Source of the DNA: Bugula neritina
Taxonomy: Eukaryota > Animalia > Bryozoa
DNA: 64,000 nucleotides
Assembly (NCBI GenBank): GCA_964035545.1
Contig: OZ037765.1
Span: 30,627,504 to 30,691,503 of the forward strand
Direction of reading: 5' to 3'
The position numbers were made by a program, and so were the translations under genes. This document shows positions 27,901-42,900 of the stretch, piece by piece (position 1 is the first letter of the stretch; each line of letters begins with the position of its first letter). The notes under the pieces were generated by a model. The model had not been told where the DNA came from. It saw only the letters and a program-made list of their open reading frames with translations, and ran no database searches.

Positions 27901-30900
27901 ATATGTTTATAATAAGTCAATTATACCTGAGCAGTTTTCCAGCTCTACTCACCCATGATGTGCCTTGTTGCATCTAGATGATAAGCCCTCGGGTGTTTTA
28001 TATCATTGAAGTCTAATGAGTGTAGCTGGCTAAACACTTCAGTAAACAAATCTTGTATATACACTTGTGTATGTATGTATAGTACAGTGTGCACATTATA
28101 TGTTCTTTATATTATATCTATAGACTAAAGTAGTTAGGTTAATATAACTAGATGAAATAGTTTTATGCTGTCGACAAAATTTCGACCTGTACTCTAATTT
28201 CATTGCTAACCCCATGACGACTAACTTGGCCATATTGGAAAAATTAAGGATAGTTTCACAATGTGTTGAAATAGCTTGAGATGTAACTCTGCCATTTGCC
28301 AATGGCAAAACTTCGCTTGCCAGTATTTTCACATGTTGAAAATTAAGGAGTGTTTCGTTTTGTAAACTGACAATTTCATTTTAGCATGAGGAAACTTCAT
28401 TCAGAGAAGCAGCTGGAGGCGCTGACCATTTGCTTCAAAATGTTTAGAGATCGTGAGCAATATGGAACTCCTACTATTCGGGTGTCTGCCCTGAACAGAG
28501 TATGTGTGCCTTTGCTGCGTAGAATGGATAAAGTCACTATTATAGCATTCTTTAGACAATTTCTAAAGGATATTCAGCAACTCCTGACTGCCAAGGAGAC
28601 TAAGGTAATCACAGGGACAGTGTCTGGGTACAGGCAAGGAATATTAGTAGAAGTGGTACAAATATAAGTGTGATTCATATAAATTAATGACAAAGGAGGG
28701 TATTTTTAATAAGGCCTGTTTTTATTCTGTTTATTGTATTATTTGGAGAATACAGACAGCGTGTCAATTTTCAAAAGTATGAGAAAAAAATTTATATACA
28801 CATGCAAGCTAAAGGGGGACTAAAACTATGTTTTTTAAGCGAATTTAAATGTTTACACTTAATGAAAAGTTTTAGCTCTTTATTAGAATCAAACATGTCT
28901 TTATGTTAGTTAATGAGAACTTATATTTACACTTTAGCTACTTCTAATTTAGCTAATTCAGGTTTTATAACACTTATTTTTACAGTCAAATTCATTTTAT
29001 TTCAGAAAAACGTTTACAAAGTATTAATAAAATGGTGTGTAATTCATGCTTGAGTACTGGTGACAGGAAAAGTTATTGCATCTTTAGTTTTCTATTTTAA
29101 TTATCATTGTTGGGCCACTAAATAATGTTATAAAATGTTTAAAATAAAATTGGTTGACTTCAAGTTTCAATATCTGTGATATATATCATTATAGAGTCAG
29201 CCGGATGTGTATTTGGTGGTCATAAGGGATAAGATGTGTTGCTATGGTCTGGTGGAGCTGATGTACAACTCTCTTTTGAAAGAGGAAGTGTTTAGCTCAG
29301 AGTCTTCACTCGCACAGATGTGGATTAACGATGATCCAACTGCTAAAGCCAAACCTGATTCGTGGAAAAATATGACCAAAGACTTCATTAGGTACGTTAG
29401 CCAATGTCTAATCTGACTTTATTATAAATGAGAATAGGGCACTTTTTTGAAGTTGATGTTTAATTTTGAGCCAACCAAGGCATAAGAAGCGCCTGAGTTT
29501 ACAGCAGTGTTTGTTGCTAAGGAGTTTCTCTGTATTCTGAAGGTATTGCACGTGAAATTCTTTCAAAATAAATAAACTCTTTTCATGCTTTGTATTTAGT
29601 CTCAGCTGTTATGTGTAAAATTAGTATAGTCTGCCTTCATAGTGAAGCCTAATAATGTTTGTTTTCCAGAGTATGCATTGGCATCAATGCGTTGCATAGT
29701 TTCAATGACCTGTGTGTTATACAGCATGAGTAAAGACTGCAAGAATGAGGATATGCGAGGCGAGACACTACACTTGGAGTGGAGAAGGAAACTGCATTGT
29801 GCTGCCTATAGTGCACTCATGGCTATTATCTCCAACACACAAGTTGATTCGAAATTTTACAGATCCTTCCTTTTTTCTGGAGATGCTATTAAGGTAAAAA
29901 TAACAGTATTGGTTGTATTTTGTGGCTAACAATTTTATTTTGCAATAGTTAACTGCAGTAGTTTGTCAGTGTATAAGTTCATTGAGACTAGTTTGTACTT
30001 TGTAATATATGTCACATTAGGTTAAAACACAAGGTTGAAGTATCACCTAGATTTGATTGGGCTAGGCAAAAGTTACAATTAACACAAAATAAAGAAACTG
30101 AAAATTACCAATTGTACATGAATATTAAAATCAACAATAAATGCCACGGAGAACACTATCCATTTCCACCAGTACGATCAACCACAGATTGGTCATGATT
30201 AGAAGACATGATTGTTAAGTGAGTATACATCTAGAGACTAGAGAATAAGTTCAGATCTAATTGATTGACATTCAACCAATTTTATACACTACTATGGGTA
30301 AATAATCTCAAAAATAACTGATTCTATAACAGGGTAATTCTATATACAAAAAAAACAAAATATTATGGCTATGCACTGTTTTGTTGCCCAAACATCAAAA
30401 AGCACCAACGTGTACATACAAAAAGAATATATTAATCTCATAGCTGAGTGAACAAGTATATATACTATTAAATATTACAATATACAAAGTTGACAAAGTT
30501 TAAAAGACTTGGTCAACTTGGCACAGGTTCTAAAATTGATTGTGCATCTAAGTATGAAATGCAGCATATTATAAGTAATAGACCGGATACTAAAAGCAGC
30601 ACACAACTAATAAATATAATTGCTGTAACCGCTGAGGCAGATGGCGAATCAGGGGCTATATGACTTTTAGGACGTAATTTTCTTTTCACTACAGGAGGAT
30701 GAAACTTCGTCTTAATTTTATGACCATCAACGTTATACCATTTAAAAAAGTATTCAATACTAGGCACGTGATAAAACACTGCACCATCCTTGAGAAATGA
30801 CTCGAAAAAGTTAGATAAATTCTGTAATGTGTGAGCACCTATGGAGCTGTCAATAATAAGGTCAACATCTTTGACTTGACTTACAAGTACACCAACATAT

Positions 30901-33900
30901 ACGTCGTCTGTAAACATGTAAGCAGTGTTCAATGCTATGGATGGCAGCTTTGCAGCTAGTTTTGGAGTCATCATATACGCTAACCCTTGAAACCAAATAG
31001 GATAGCTTTTATACGGCCACAGCTCATAGGAAACAAACCATTTGCTACTGTTATCTCTGTTGACTTGAGTGGAAATCAGCTTACCTGTCAAATAAAAATA
31101 AATGTTATATAAATAAATGCAGATATTTCTTTGCTGGGAGACTTGGCTTGTAAGTTAGTTATTTGAATGCTAAAGTGACCATGACTTACCCATATACACA
31201 TTTTCACGGCGTTTGCTAAGAATTTGGTGGACTGTGTTGTTAAATCTGGGAAGCTGTTTAGAATGCATCAGTGCATCATCATCTACTTTGACTATCAGTG
31301 AAGCATTCGGACAGCCCTGCTGACTGGACACCCACCTAGGACAAGTGCACAGCATAATGGCAAGAAATGCAGCAGTTTAACTCAAAGTGTGTGCATAGAG
31401 CTATTTCATGTATACAAAAGCAAACATAAGAAAACTATAATGGGAAGCTCGAAAACAATGGTGCCAATGGTTGCTGATACACTACTTACTTACTGCTAGA
31501 TTTATTATGCTCTGAAAAATTAGTATCACGATGAGAAATTCACACATCACAAAATTTACATACAGAAAAGTACTGTGGAAAATTTTCCAACATTTTTCCA
31601 AGCTACTCGAGCTCTTACAAGTGTTTCAAAACAACTTAACTTTAGAGGAGTGCACAAGTTAGTCAATAAAATTGTAAACTTGAATATCAACTGTATTACA
31701 TACTCACCTTAAAAATGAGATGGCTTTATATGTGTTGTTTAAATATGCATCAGTGAAGTCAGATTGCAAGATGTCTTGATACACTTCCTGCTCATAACTG
31801 AGTTTAGTTAGCACATTTGTATCATTAGTCATTCCAGTTACGAAGACTATTTTAACTTTTAGTGCTAAGGTCTCCTGAAGGTTGTTCCTATTTAGCCAGG
31901 TGTATCTCATCAACATTCTTCGATCAAAATACTAAAGCAAAATAATATAAAAATGACTTGATAGTAAATTTTTGTTAAATTTATTAATTTTCCAAAATGG
32001 CTCTTGGAGAATTTTTTGCAGCTTATACAATGCTATGTTGATGATATATGCATAAAAATACCAACCTGAACAGCACTATGGACAATGAATACCACATCTT
32101 CGTTGGTACAGGGTTTCGGAGCTATAACCACCCGAAATGGATAGGGGTTAATGCTATTGGCATTAGATGTAATGTTATTCTTGATTGTTTTCGAACGTGT
32201 CAACAGTTGTTCGTTTTGCTGCTGTCTTTTATTAATTTTAATTCCCAATTCCTCTGAGGTTTCTGTTGGGCTATCGTTTGTGGTGTATAGTAGAATTACA
32301 AAACAAATTATTATTATGGAAACAACTTGAAATTTACTAGATCTGATACTCCGGCAAACCCTCCTCCAAACATTTGACATCACTGGGATCACCAGTGAGA
32401 CATTTGACACACTGCTACTGACCGGGTTAGAAAGTCACATCATGTAATCTCTAAAATATATATTAATTAAAACTAAAGCTAAATGTGACAGCTGACTGTG
32501 TATACAACTCCGAGTGTTTTTGAACGGTTAGCTATGTGCTGATATATTATCTTGACAATTGGCTGCATATGAAAAATATGTCATTGGTGCATGGAATAGT
32601 GATGAGCTGAAAATATAATTCTTGCATACTATACACTACTGTGATTGGTAAGCCATGCAAATCATATAATTTATAGGTAGAACGTAACATTTTTCACTTG
32701 AAAAACTTACCTTTTTTTGAATACACATATAAAAAAGATATTCTGTGGAAAAGTAATGGAGATGAACTAGGAAAATGTGTTTTGCTTGTTGCTTAATATG
32801 TGACATGGGAAAGATTTATTCACTGTTGAGTCTTATGGTCACATGATTTTAGAGCATATCACCACATGGTCATCTGAATAGGCGGCTTTTAGTTGCTTTT
32901 AAAGCCGGCTTTGCTACAAGAGAACAAACCTAGTCATGTCAAATCTTGCCAAACACCCCCATTTTTAATTTAGGGTTTAGAGTCCTGGTCTTGGGTATTA
33001 TTTTTTAATCTAATAATCATTGTACATATGACATTGTATAATATATATGCTTACTAATGTGTAGCTTGTTATTGAGTGATGCCAAGGTAAAACATAGACC
33101 TTTCACATTCTTTATTATAGATTATTTTTTTATTCTGAACATAATTGGTGATTAGTAAACATTTGCAGATCCAGTGATGAAATTGTTCCAAAGGTTGAAA
33201 TAAAATGTAGTATAGGTTTATTAAATTTGAGAAATTTCATTTTTGTAAAATCCCGACACTTGAAAACTATATAGCATATTATTTTTATAGCATAGAGCTA
33301 ATAGTGTAAGCTAGCTTTTAGCTACAATTAAACAAGTGCTGCTTTACCACATACAATTTATCTTACACTTAACTTAGTAATAGTTAGCAAGTATGATGTC
33401 TAACAACAAAAACTTGAAAGTATTAATTTTTGTTTTAATTAAGCTTACAGTAGTATGAGGATAAATAAAAAACCATTATCAAGCAAAGCCAGCATGGAGA
33501 TTACTACTAAGAGTTGCAAGAAATAGGACAATGGAATTAGGTTTAACTTCAAAGTTGAAAGTACTAAAGGAGTTGAAGTTATACATTACAATCTATGTTT
33601 TTGTTGATGATAATCACAGTAATTTTTATTTGGATGTACGTCACACTGTGACTAGTATGGAGCTTGATTGTGATAAGTTTAAAAATTCATTACTGGGTTA
33701 CAGAAAATTATGTTAATAATACATTTATAGTCATACTTATAGTTATTTAAATTAATAGAGATCTACTAGCATTTCATTTGGGGTAAAATTTAAATAAAAA
33801 TTGATATTTAATTCTCTTTCCTCGTTGAAATAAATATAATACTAATAGCTAACATCATCATTATCAACATGAACATCAAGTTCAACATGACTGTAAATAT

Positions 33901-36900
33901 AAGTCAACTAAAACTGTAAATTTAATACTAATAAAACTAATACCCCAAATATCACTCATAGTTTATATTAATCATTTAATATTATTCATTACTTATATGA
34001 TTATCATTATAGTTAAGGGTATTGGTTATTTCTATTACTATTAGTTATACTATTACTATTAGTATTAGTATTACAATTAGTATTAGTATTAGTATTACTA
34101 TTAGTATTACTATTAGTATTAGCATTAGTATTACTATTACTATTAGTATTAGTGTTAGATTTAGTCTTAGAGTTAATATTTATAACAGTAAATGTAATAA
34201 CTAATAGTGAGTTAACAAGTTTAATTATTATTACATGTTACTAATAAGAAATCTAGCGGTCGGTATTTATGTTAGTAGAACTAAATGCAGTAACTAGTAA
34301 CTAATAAAATTATAGATTTAAAACGGATAAGTGCAACCAGAGCGGCCCACAGGAACTCGGTCACTATTAACAGTACTTGACCTCCAATTATGTCACACCT
34401 TAGTAAGAGTTCTAACATAAAACTCTTTTCGATTGTGGAACTGGTAATCTTGCTTTTTCAAATCTTTATCTGGCTAATGATTGGTCAATAATATCGGCAC
34501 GATGCTTATTGGTTGTTGGCTACCTATCAACCATGGTAAATGGGTAACATAACTCCTAGAATCAGTAATTGCGTATCAAAATATACGCAATTTTAGTACC
34601 AAATATTAATTGCCTTTCTTTCTTTTTTCAAGATATATCTTTTATTCCTATTGACTGTCATTGGAAAAGCATTACTATGAATTTAGTAGAAATTTTATCG
34701 GAAATTTTATGGCTAAAATAAGTCATCTTATTTGGTCTCAAGTTAACTGTATGAACTAAAATAATGCTGAAGGCAGGCAATATTAATTTGGATTAAGCTG
34801 GAAATAGAGATAGTTATTATCGTTTATTAAACAGCAATAAAGTAATATTGAATGCTTAAATTTATTGACAACCATTGAACATATAAAGCTCCTGGAGTTA
34901 GGCAACTATATTATCAATAGCCTTTTGTCAAATGGTAGTCAACACCAACTGAGTTGTTGAATGCTTTTTTAGGGCTGTACTCCTCTTGAAAATATTTGCC
35001 CTCAAGAGCCATATCAATTTGAAGTGGAGTTGTCGGTGAGTAAACTTGTCAACAAAAATTATATATAAATATAGGTAAAACTAAACAATGCATATTAATT
35101 ATTTTTAGATCGTTTCTGATTTTATTTTTTGATAAACTAGTATCACTGGCTTGCAATCTCATTAATAATTAAATTTCTTATACACAGTAGCTTGTTGGTT
35201 TATGTTTTACTGCTAACTTACAAATCTGTTTCTATATTTTTGTTACAAATTTTTGTTGTGGTAAAGATGTACTGGAAGGAAGTACACTGAGCTTTACGGA
35301 GTGTTCTACATGCAGTCGTATATTTTCCGATTGGCTAAATAACTAGGGCCATGATTGGCTTACTAATTCTAAATGCACAAGTTGATGTTTGTGACTGTAA
35401 TCGTGCACACGTGCACTCCAACTCACACATTAAATCACACTAACATTTACAATTTCAGTTTATTAGCATAAGATTGGTAAATTTTTATGTGGGAAGTCAG
35501 CCAACTCAAATTACATTGTTGTTGAATTAATATAAATGCCATTTTTATTTTTAAATATTTTTCTATAAGTGAAACTAAATGCAGTTGTTTTCGTGATAGT
35601 GGTACTAATATAAAGCAAGCCAATTAGAGATGCTCCCTCATCAGCCAATCAAAATATATGTTGAGCCAGCCGACTGCATATAGAAAATTCCGAGCTCTAT
35701 AGTGGCTTCATACAGGAAAAGTCAGTGTAGAAAAGTAGAAAATTGAAAGGTTTTTTCAAACTAGCAAGCAATCAGCTTGCAACATCAAACATAAAAACAG
35801 AAAAATTTTTTGTAAAAGAGATAGCATATTCATGTACTGGAAAGATTAATTTGAATACAAACATAGTATATTTTTGCAGTGTAGTATACACTATTTTTTA
35901 TCATATTTGATACTGTATAATATACTGCAGTGCTGTTTTATAGAAACTTCCTGTTAGAACGAAGCAACTAATTTCCGTGCGACAGTTCAAAGATGACGAA
36001 GGCGAAACTTCTGATACTGTAGCGTACATGCAGTCAGTAGCTGAGAGTAGTCTGACTGAAGACTTGTCTAAATACGACTTTAGCTACTCTCAGGTTAATT
36101 GAATGTCATATTAACAAAAATATAATGTTTTGTATAATTTCTTTTACTTCGATACTAATCATTTCTATGCTGCTTTAGTGCCTAAAAACTATTTGGATAT
36201 GTTTAGAGCATTTCTACCAGTAAACAGCGAAGAGAGGAGAAAGAGCAAGAGCAATTGGAGTTGCTTTACCCTGACAGTGAAACAGTACAGCCAGCATCTA
36301 CACACATATCACAAGGTAATTTCTTGTTAATCAAGACTGTATTATAGGCTGAAAAAGTATATTTCTTGTTGTGGTTAAAATCAATAAACACTATTTCAAT
36401 CTAGCATATTCAAGTAATTTAATTTTTAGGTGCGATACATGTTCTGTGTATGCAACTTGTATTATATTATGCTTTTCTTGATATTTGATTTTGCTGTAAT
36501 TTGAAAATGTATTTGAATATAGTTTTGTATTTATCAGCCTTTAGGAAGCATCTTCTGTTTCTATGGAGACCTATACTTGGGTGATTGTACAGCTTTATAA
36601 GATGATTAGTATAATAGTCTTGGGACACCATCTGTTTTACCTGCATATAATGCATGTAGTTGTCTCCTCATTCTAGGCTATGTGGAGTTGGAATCTGACC
36701 CCCTAAATGACCATGAATGTATGGCACAGTTTACTGCACTGCTGCAGCACATGCTCAAGAATGACATCACACCTGACATGGCTGAGCAGGTAAGAGTCAG
36801 TAACCTCTCTATTTTATATATGTATACAGATGTTTGTATTTTATAGTTAACCCTTTATGTGGACACCACTTATATAGTGACTCATAAAAAAGTTCATGCA

Positions 36901-39900
36901 CAAAAATGTATTATATGTAACACAGTTTCAAAGATTTGTCACAATTTTAGGTAAAGGGGGTAATGCTGTGCTCCAGTATCTACTTAATTAAGCATCTAGT
37001 ATTTATTGCATATAAAGAAGATGTAACTTTTGGTGCTGAACTAAATTAGTTGCTGGAATGCTCATATATTTAGTGCTTATTGAAATATGTTTGCTGTTGT
37101 GTTTATAGTCAGATAGTTTGCCGGGGTGGATGGTTTGGCTGAGAGACAAGATGGATAACCATGCAGTTGCAGTCAATGTCAAGCACTTCATTACTCGTCT
37201 GATTCTCAACAATGAAAAGGTTGGAGTCAAAATTTGCATCAAATATGCTTAATTATTTGGTCTCATGTGGATATGACATGATGAAGACTTTAAAATTGCC
37301 ATAATAAACTAAGCAATTCATTTGTTTTATAAAAGCTCCTAATGTTTACATTTTGTATCACAAAGTGTTTAAAAAAAGTGTATTTAATTCGAAATGATGC
37401 AACAGATATTAGTAAGACTTAAACGCTAGCATGTGTGTGTGGTCTATCAATGTCACTCGTATGATATCTGCAGGTGTTCAGTCCATTTAGTTATCACTGG
37501 CTGCCTTCACTGGTTAAGTATGTTAAGAGTTGCTGTGAGGAGTTGCACTACTTCTGTGTGGATGTGTTAGTTATGATCATCAGGTGGTGTGACTCTACCA
37601 GTCCTCAGGTATGTATGTTTCCTTCAGTTCAAGCAGCTAACTTCAGTGCTAAACTATCTTGTGTGATTATATATGTAGATTATATATCATGTTATTATAG
37701 ATGTAGATTATATACCATGTCATTATAGATGTAAATTATATATCATGTTTTTATAGATGTAGATTATATATCATGTGATTATAGGTGTAGATTATATATC
37801 ATGTGATTATAGATGTAGATTATATATCATGTTGTTATAGATGTAGATTATATATTGTGTTATAGAAATGTTTATGTCCATGATTTTAGTTACCATATCT
37901 AGTACTCTATTATATCAAATTTATCTCTATTCTATTTATTCTCTTCTCATCAGCCGTTATCTAATGCCTTGTTCATTAACATGTTAGTATATTTAAGGTT
38001 TTGTTATCCATATTTTTATACCTAATAAAGTAATACATGTAGTATATTAATATAGTCGATGCTCCATACTATGTAATATTTTCATATATTTAATGCTTTA
38101 TTACAAGTTGCTGGTAGTTTATTATACATATTACCTTAGTGTGTGTTTGCTATTTCAGAATTATAATATATTTAGTGATTTGTATCTTGCGTGCTCACTC
38201 ATATTTTTAATCTAGGAAGCATATGATGGTAAAATGATTCACAAGAATTATATACTCTACAGTGTAGATTGTAAAAGGTATAATGCGGTCAAAGATGTCA
38301 AAATATTATATTCGTAACTGGTATGTATTTCAGAAAGAAGTTGAGGGAAAGTCTATGTTGAACAGCCTGGTAGAGTATATAGTAGAGAAGGCACACCATG
38401 ACAGGAAAGGAATATTCAAGAACAATTTGGAACTACTCAAAGCATGCTTAGAGAGATGGAAAGGTGTCATCAAAGTCAGCACAAAGTATGAGTCATTCTG
38501 AGTTTCAACAAGATTTATTATTACTCTGCATAAACAAGAATTATTGAGCCTATAAAGTTTACTAATGAAATTTTGGAAAAAAAGAAGCATATAAATGGTA
38601 CCATCATATTAAAGTAATCAGTCTGAAATAGTTTAGCTACTCGTCAAAAAATTGTGTTTTGTAAACACTCATATTATTTTATATGTTTTAGGAATATATA
38701 TGATTACTTGAAATCATCTGACGATAAGAAAGTATTAACTGGGATACAGATTCTAGGTGTGATTTTGGCCAATAAGATTGATCCATACAACCCTTCGTCA
38801 TGTGACATTGGCAAACAAGCGTATGTCTACTCAAAAATGTTTATTTTGATGCTTCTTCGAAATTCGTTTCCTAATTTTCCTAACATTATTGCATTGATTC
38901 GGGTTTTTTATACCTAACCATGTTTTCTGATTTTCATGATTTTTCATAACTTGCCAATAAAGCTATTGATGTTCTCTTTAGCATATTGCCTGAACTTTCT
39001 GAGTTGAAAAGTACGACAACTTCAATATCAAAAATTGTTTATATATCTAATCCAAGAAGTTGATGTGAAGCAGTTGTGATGACTATGGCCTTTATGTAGT
39101 TACTGTATACACTGTGGTTACTGTATACACTGTAGTAATTGTATACACTGTAGTAACTGTATACACTGTAGTAACTGTATACACTGTGGTTACTGTATAC
39201 ACTGTGTAGTTACTGTATACACTGTAGTTACTGTATACACTGTGTAGTTAGTGTATACACTGCAATGCATATTATACTTCTAGATTCTATATTTCCCTTG
39301 GAGAGTGTTTAGCGAAGAGGTTGTTGAGCGTATACAGTTCTGCTTCGGAGGTCATTGGCCTTGTGTTCAACTTCCTCTCTAATGGTGATGAAAGCTCTAG
39401 AAAGTTCTGTGCTCAGGTCAGTTTACTGTCTATGTTGAGGTCACACCAAAACGTTACGAGGTCATATCTACTGCTATGCATTCTAAATTAGTGTCTAATT
39501 TAGCTGTTATGCTTCTATCAAGAAATACTTGATAAAATCTGAAATAATTGAGAATATTTATTATTGTGTTCTGATTCTTTTTAGGAACAAAGCAAATATT
39601 TTAGGCCATAATTTATTTGATTCAAATCATTTAGAGGTTTAGGAGTTTTTCTTAAAAATAGTTTTTAAAACTAATATCCATAAAAAGTAGAGGAATGCTT
39701 AATTATGTAGGTTGTGTTTATTTGTAATTCATACCTAGTATTTACATTTTATCATTTTGCAATATTTACATGCTTTTAGTTTAAGTAAATATGTCCTTCA
39801 TTGTATTTAGATTTGCAAAATGTGCTAAATTGTATACCTCAAGTTGAAGAAAATATTATACATGTAATATTTTATTCAATTATAGTAAAGGAACTAGTTT

Positions 39901-42900
39901 TCTATTACGTCCCATTACGGGTGGGTAGGTATAGTCACATTGTGCTATGTTGTATTTACTTGTAGTTTGAAGGCTTTATAGAGAAGGGGCTATCCCAAGC
40001 TACTGTCCCGTTAGGCAAGCTCATTGTTTGTCTGTACAGTATCAATTTACACTACCAACCTTTTTCTGACAGGTGCGTCATCTTTGGTTTACATCTTCTC
40101 TGGTAGCCATTCTTCATGTTTTGCCACTAGTTCCTTTATAACCACTCATAATGCTTTTTCAGATTCATGTCTAAAGTTTTATTCGAGGTTCAACGTCTGC
40201 ACGGAGACATGAGACAGAAAGGTTTGGAGATCATTGCAGGGAGAATAGCTCACACTGAAGACCCGTTCAAACAACTTTCTAATATCACCTTCCCAGAACT
40301 CCTTGCCCACAGGTAATGTTTATAAGTAATAGCATTTTGGGAGTTTTCTCCCCTTCAGCATAATTTTGTTGCATTTATATTAAAATTATCTCCTTGTGCA
40401 GTAATTTTATATTTATATGATTTACTTGATTTTAAAAATGTTTATGCTGACCTTTGATGCCATAAATATAAAAATATTAGAAAAAATAATTGTTTTCAAA
40501 AATAAGTCACCTAAACTTATTCTTGTTATTTAATTACATTGACATGATGTTATTTGTTATATAATAATGGTTTGTGTTTATAGGAATTCCCATATTATGC
40601 AATCCTGTCTCAAGATTTTTTACAACGTCTTGGAGAAGTTGAACAGCGAGCAGACAGCTCAGTGGCTCCCTCTGGTGGCAGACTGTCAGTCCAGCGGCGA
40701 TGAGGGCTGCAGACGTCAAGCTCACGATATTTTTATTTCTCTCCACAAAAAGTATTCCTCATTCAGCTCAAGTCAACATTCATCAGCTGCTGCTGCTGCT
40801 GACTCTTCGGACAGCGCTGTGGAAGAGAGACTTTTTACTACTTCTAAGGAATGTCTACTCTTAGCCCTGGCTGATTCATCGCAACATAATCGGTAGCCAT
40901 GTTGTTGTAGTATGTTATGCTCTCCACAAATAGGGTCATGTTTTAATTATTGTGTTTTCTAATTGGTTAAGTGTACGTAAGACTCACACAAATAAATAAG
41001 AGTAATGAAATGGCAAAGATTAAGGCAAGGCACACTAAATTCATCTTAACTAAGTAAAGCTCACTGTAGTAAAGCTGGTCTGATGAAAGACTTAGCTGCG
41101 GCACCTTCAATGTGGCTAGCTGTCATGTCTGGTGGCCTGTGATGTGTATTTTTCTATTCAATTTTCACCACTTTAAATGATGCTGGGCAGCCATTAAACT
41201 ATTCAATTAGTTGTTTCTATTGCATCTTTTACTTCAGCTTCTTTTTTGATGTTGGATTTTGAAATATACTTTGATTATTTTATTCTTTTGTTTTATGACA
41301 AATCTGACGTATACTTTACTATTATGGCTCACTGTGAATAAAAGGCACATATAGCTATATCTTGTGTGTCTTTAGATTGATTGTACAGAACTTCTGGTCT
41401 GCTGAGACCACCCTTCCCCAGGAGATTTTGCCGAGATTACAGGCTATTTTGGAGCAGATGTACAGTCCGAGTACTGAGACTAACTTCCTTAGCTGTGCAA
41501 CCAATCTCATTCTTGAGCTCACCTCCCACAGCCCAGATTTTGATAGACCCGTCTTTGACACTCCTCTTTCAGATTGCAAATTTGAGGTATGCAGATCTGT
41601 ATATATTTAATATGAATTTTGAGAAGCTAGTATTATAGTAAAAGTGTATATAAAGATGCGTCTCTCCCCATTATTTTTTATTTTCAAGTTAATTTAATTA
41701 TATGTGGAGAGAAATTAACTACTTGATATAGCTCCAAAAAGCTTCATTTAATATCGATATTTCAGCTTGGCTTTGTGTCAACTTCAAAGTAAATTTAAGC
41801 GAATTCCTATGCCCTTATCTACTCTGAGGATGCGGAAAATCTTTGCTCAAGTGTTAATACTCAATAAAGAAAGTTTCCGGTACAACCTTTAGTTTATTTC
41901 GCATTAAACAACTTTCTTGCCTGGCATACTGCTTGCTCGTTCTGAATTTTGCTATCAATTATAATAAGTTTCGAAATAGTTTAAGTTTGTTTTGCAAAAT
42001 TATAAAAAAAAATCATTGGCATAGTAACTTATTATTTGCATTTAAATTTTCTGTTGTATTCTTTGTTTTTTATTGGTCTCTTTGATGACGTACCGCCTGT
42101 CCATTTGCATTACTAATTCATATTATGAATTTAAATTGCAAATTTAGTGTCAAATTATCAATTATTATAATTATCAGGCGTATGCTGTGAATGCCACATG
42201 GGCGCAGAGGTTTTCAACCTTAGCTCCTATGTTTGCTGATGGGACTGCGTCCCAATCCGTTGGCAGTAGTTTAGGAGCTGTAGGGTTATTGAGAGGGACA
42301 CAGGCTACACAACAATTCACAGCAACACTCGACCCCAATGACTCTAGTAAGATATATATTGGCATTCTAAATGTGTATTTGTATAACTCAATGTGTGGAA
42401 GTAGGTGCAGTAATGGACAAATTGAGAAAAGCCTGTGCTTTGAGTTAGAAATATACCAAAAGAAATTATGTTCTGGTGACAATTTCAACCTGTGCTTCAA
42501 ACCAAAATTTAGTAAGAAATTATAAAACTGGAGCTATGTAATTACTGCATCTAAAGGAATATCTCATAGCCATAAATAGCTTAAAATTTAATGAATTCTC
42601 AAATTTTAATATCAAGTTACATAAGCTGTAGCTCATTACAATAAATTGCTCTTCATTTCTTTTCACTTACATGCCTACTATACACTTCCTATGGTGAAAG
42701 TTTGATGTTGACATATTGAACCCTGTCAATTTAAGAGTGCTTTTCAAATTATGTAACTATGCTAAACTGTAGGTGGAATTTTAAGGTGTGCTAAGTTGTA
42801 AAAATTTAGGAGTTATCTTCTCCTGATTACAGGACAGAAGACATATAATTGGCTGACCCAGAGCTCTTTAGACGCATCCGTCACAGACACGCCCTCAACC

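Noticed and set aside
34022-34204. ISITIS ORF
   Set aside because: Hexamer microsatellite.
35330-35650. CCAAT-box cluster as a promoter
   Set aside because: The ATTGG/CCAAT copies are the mirrored arms of a degenerate MITE.
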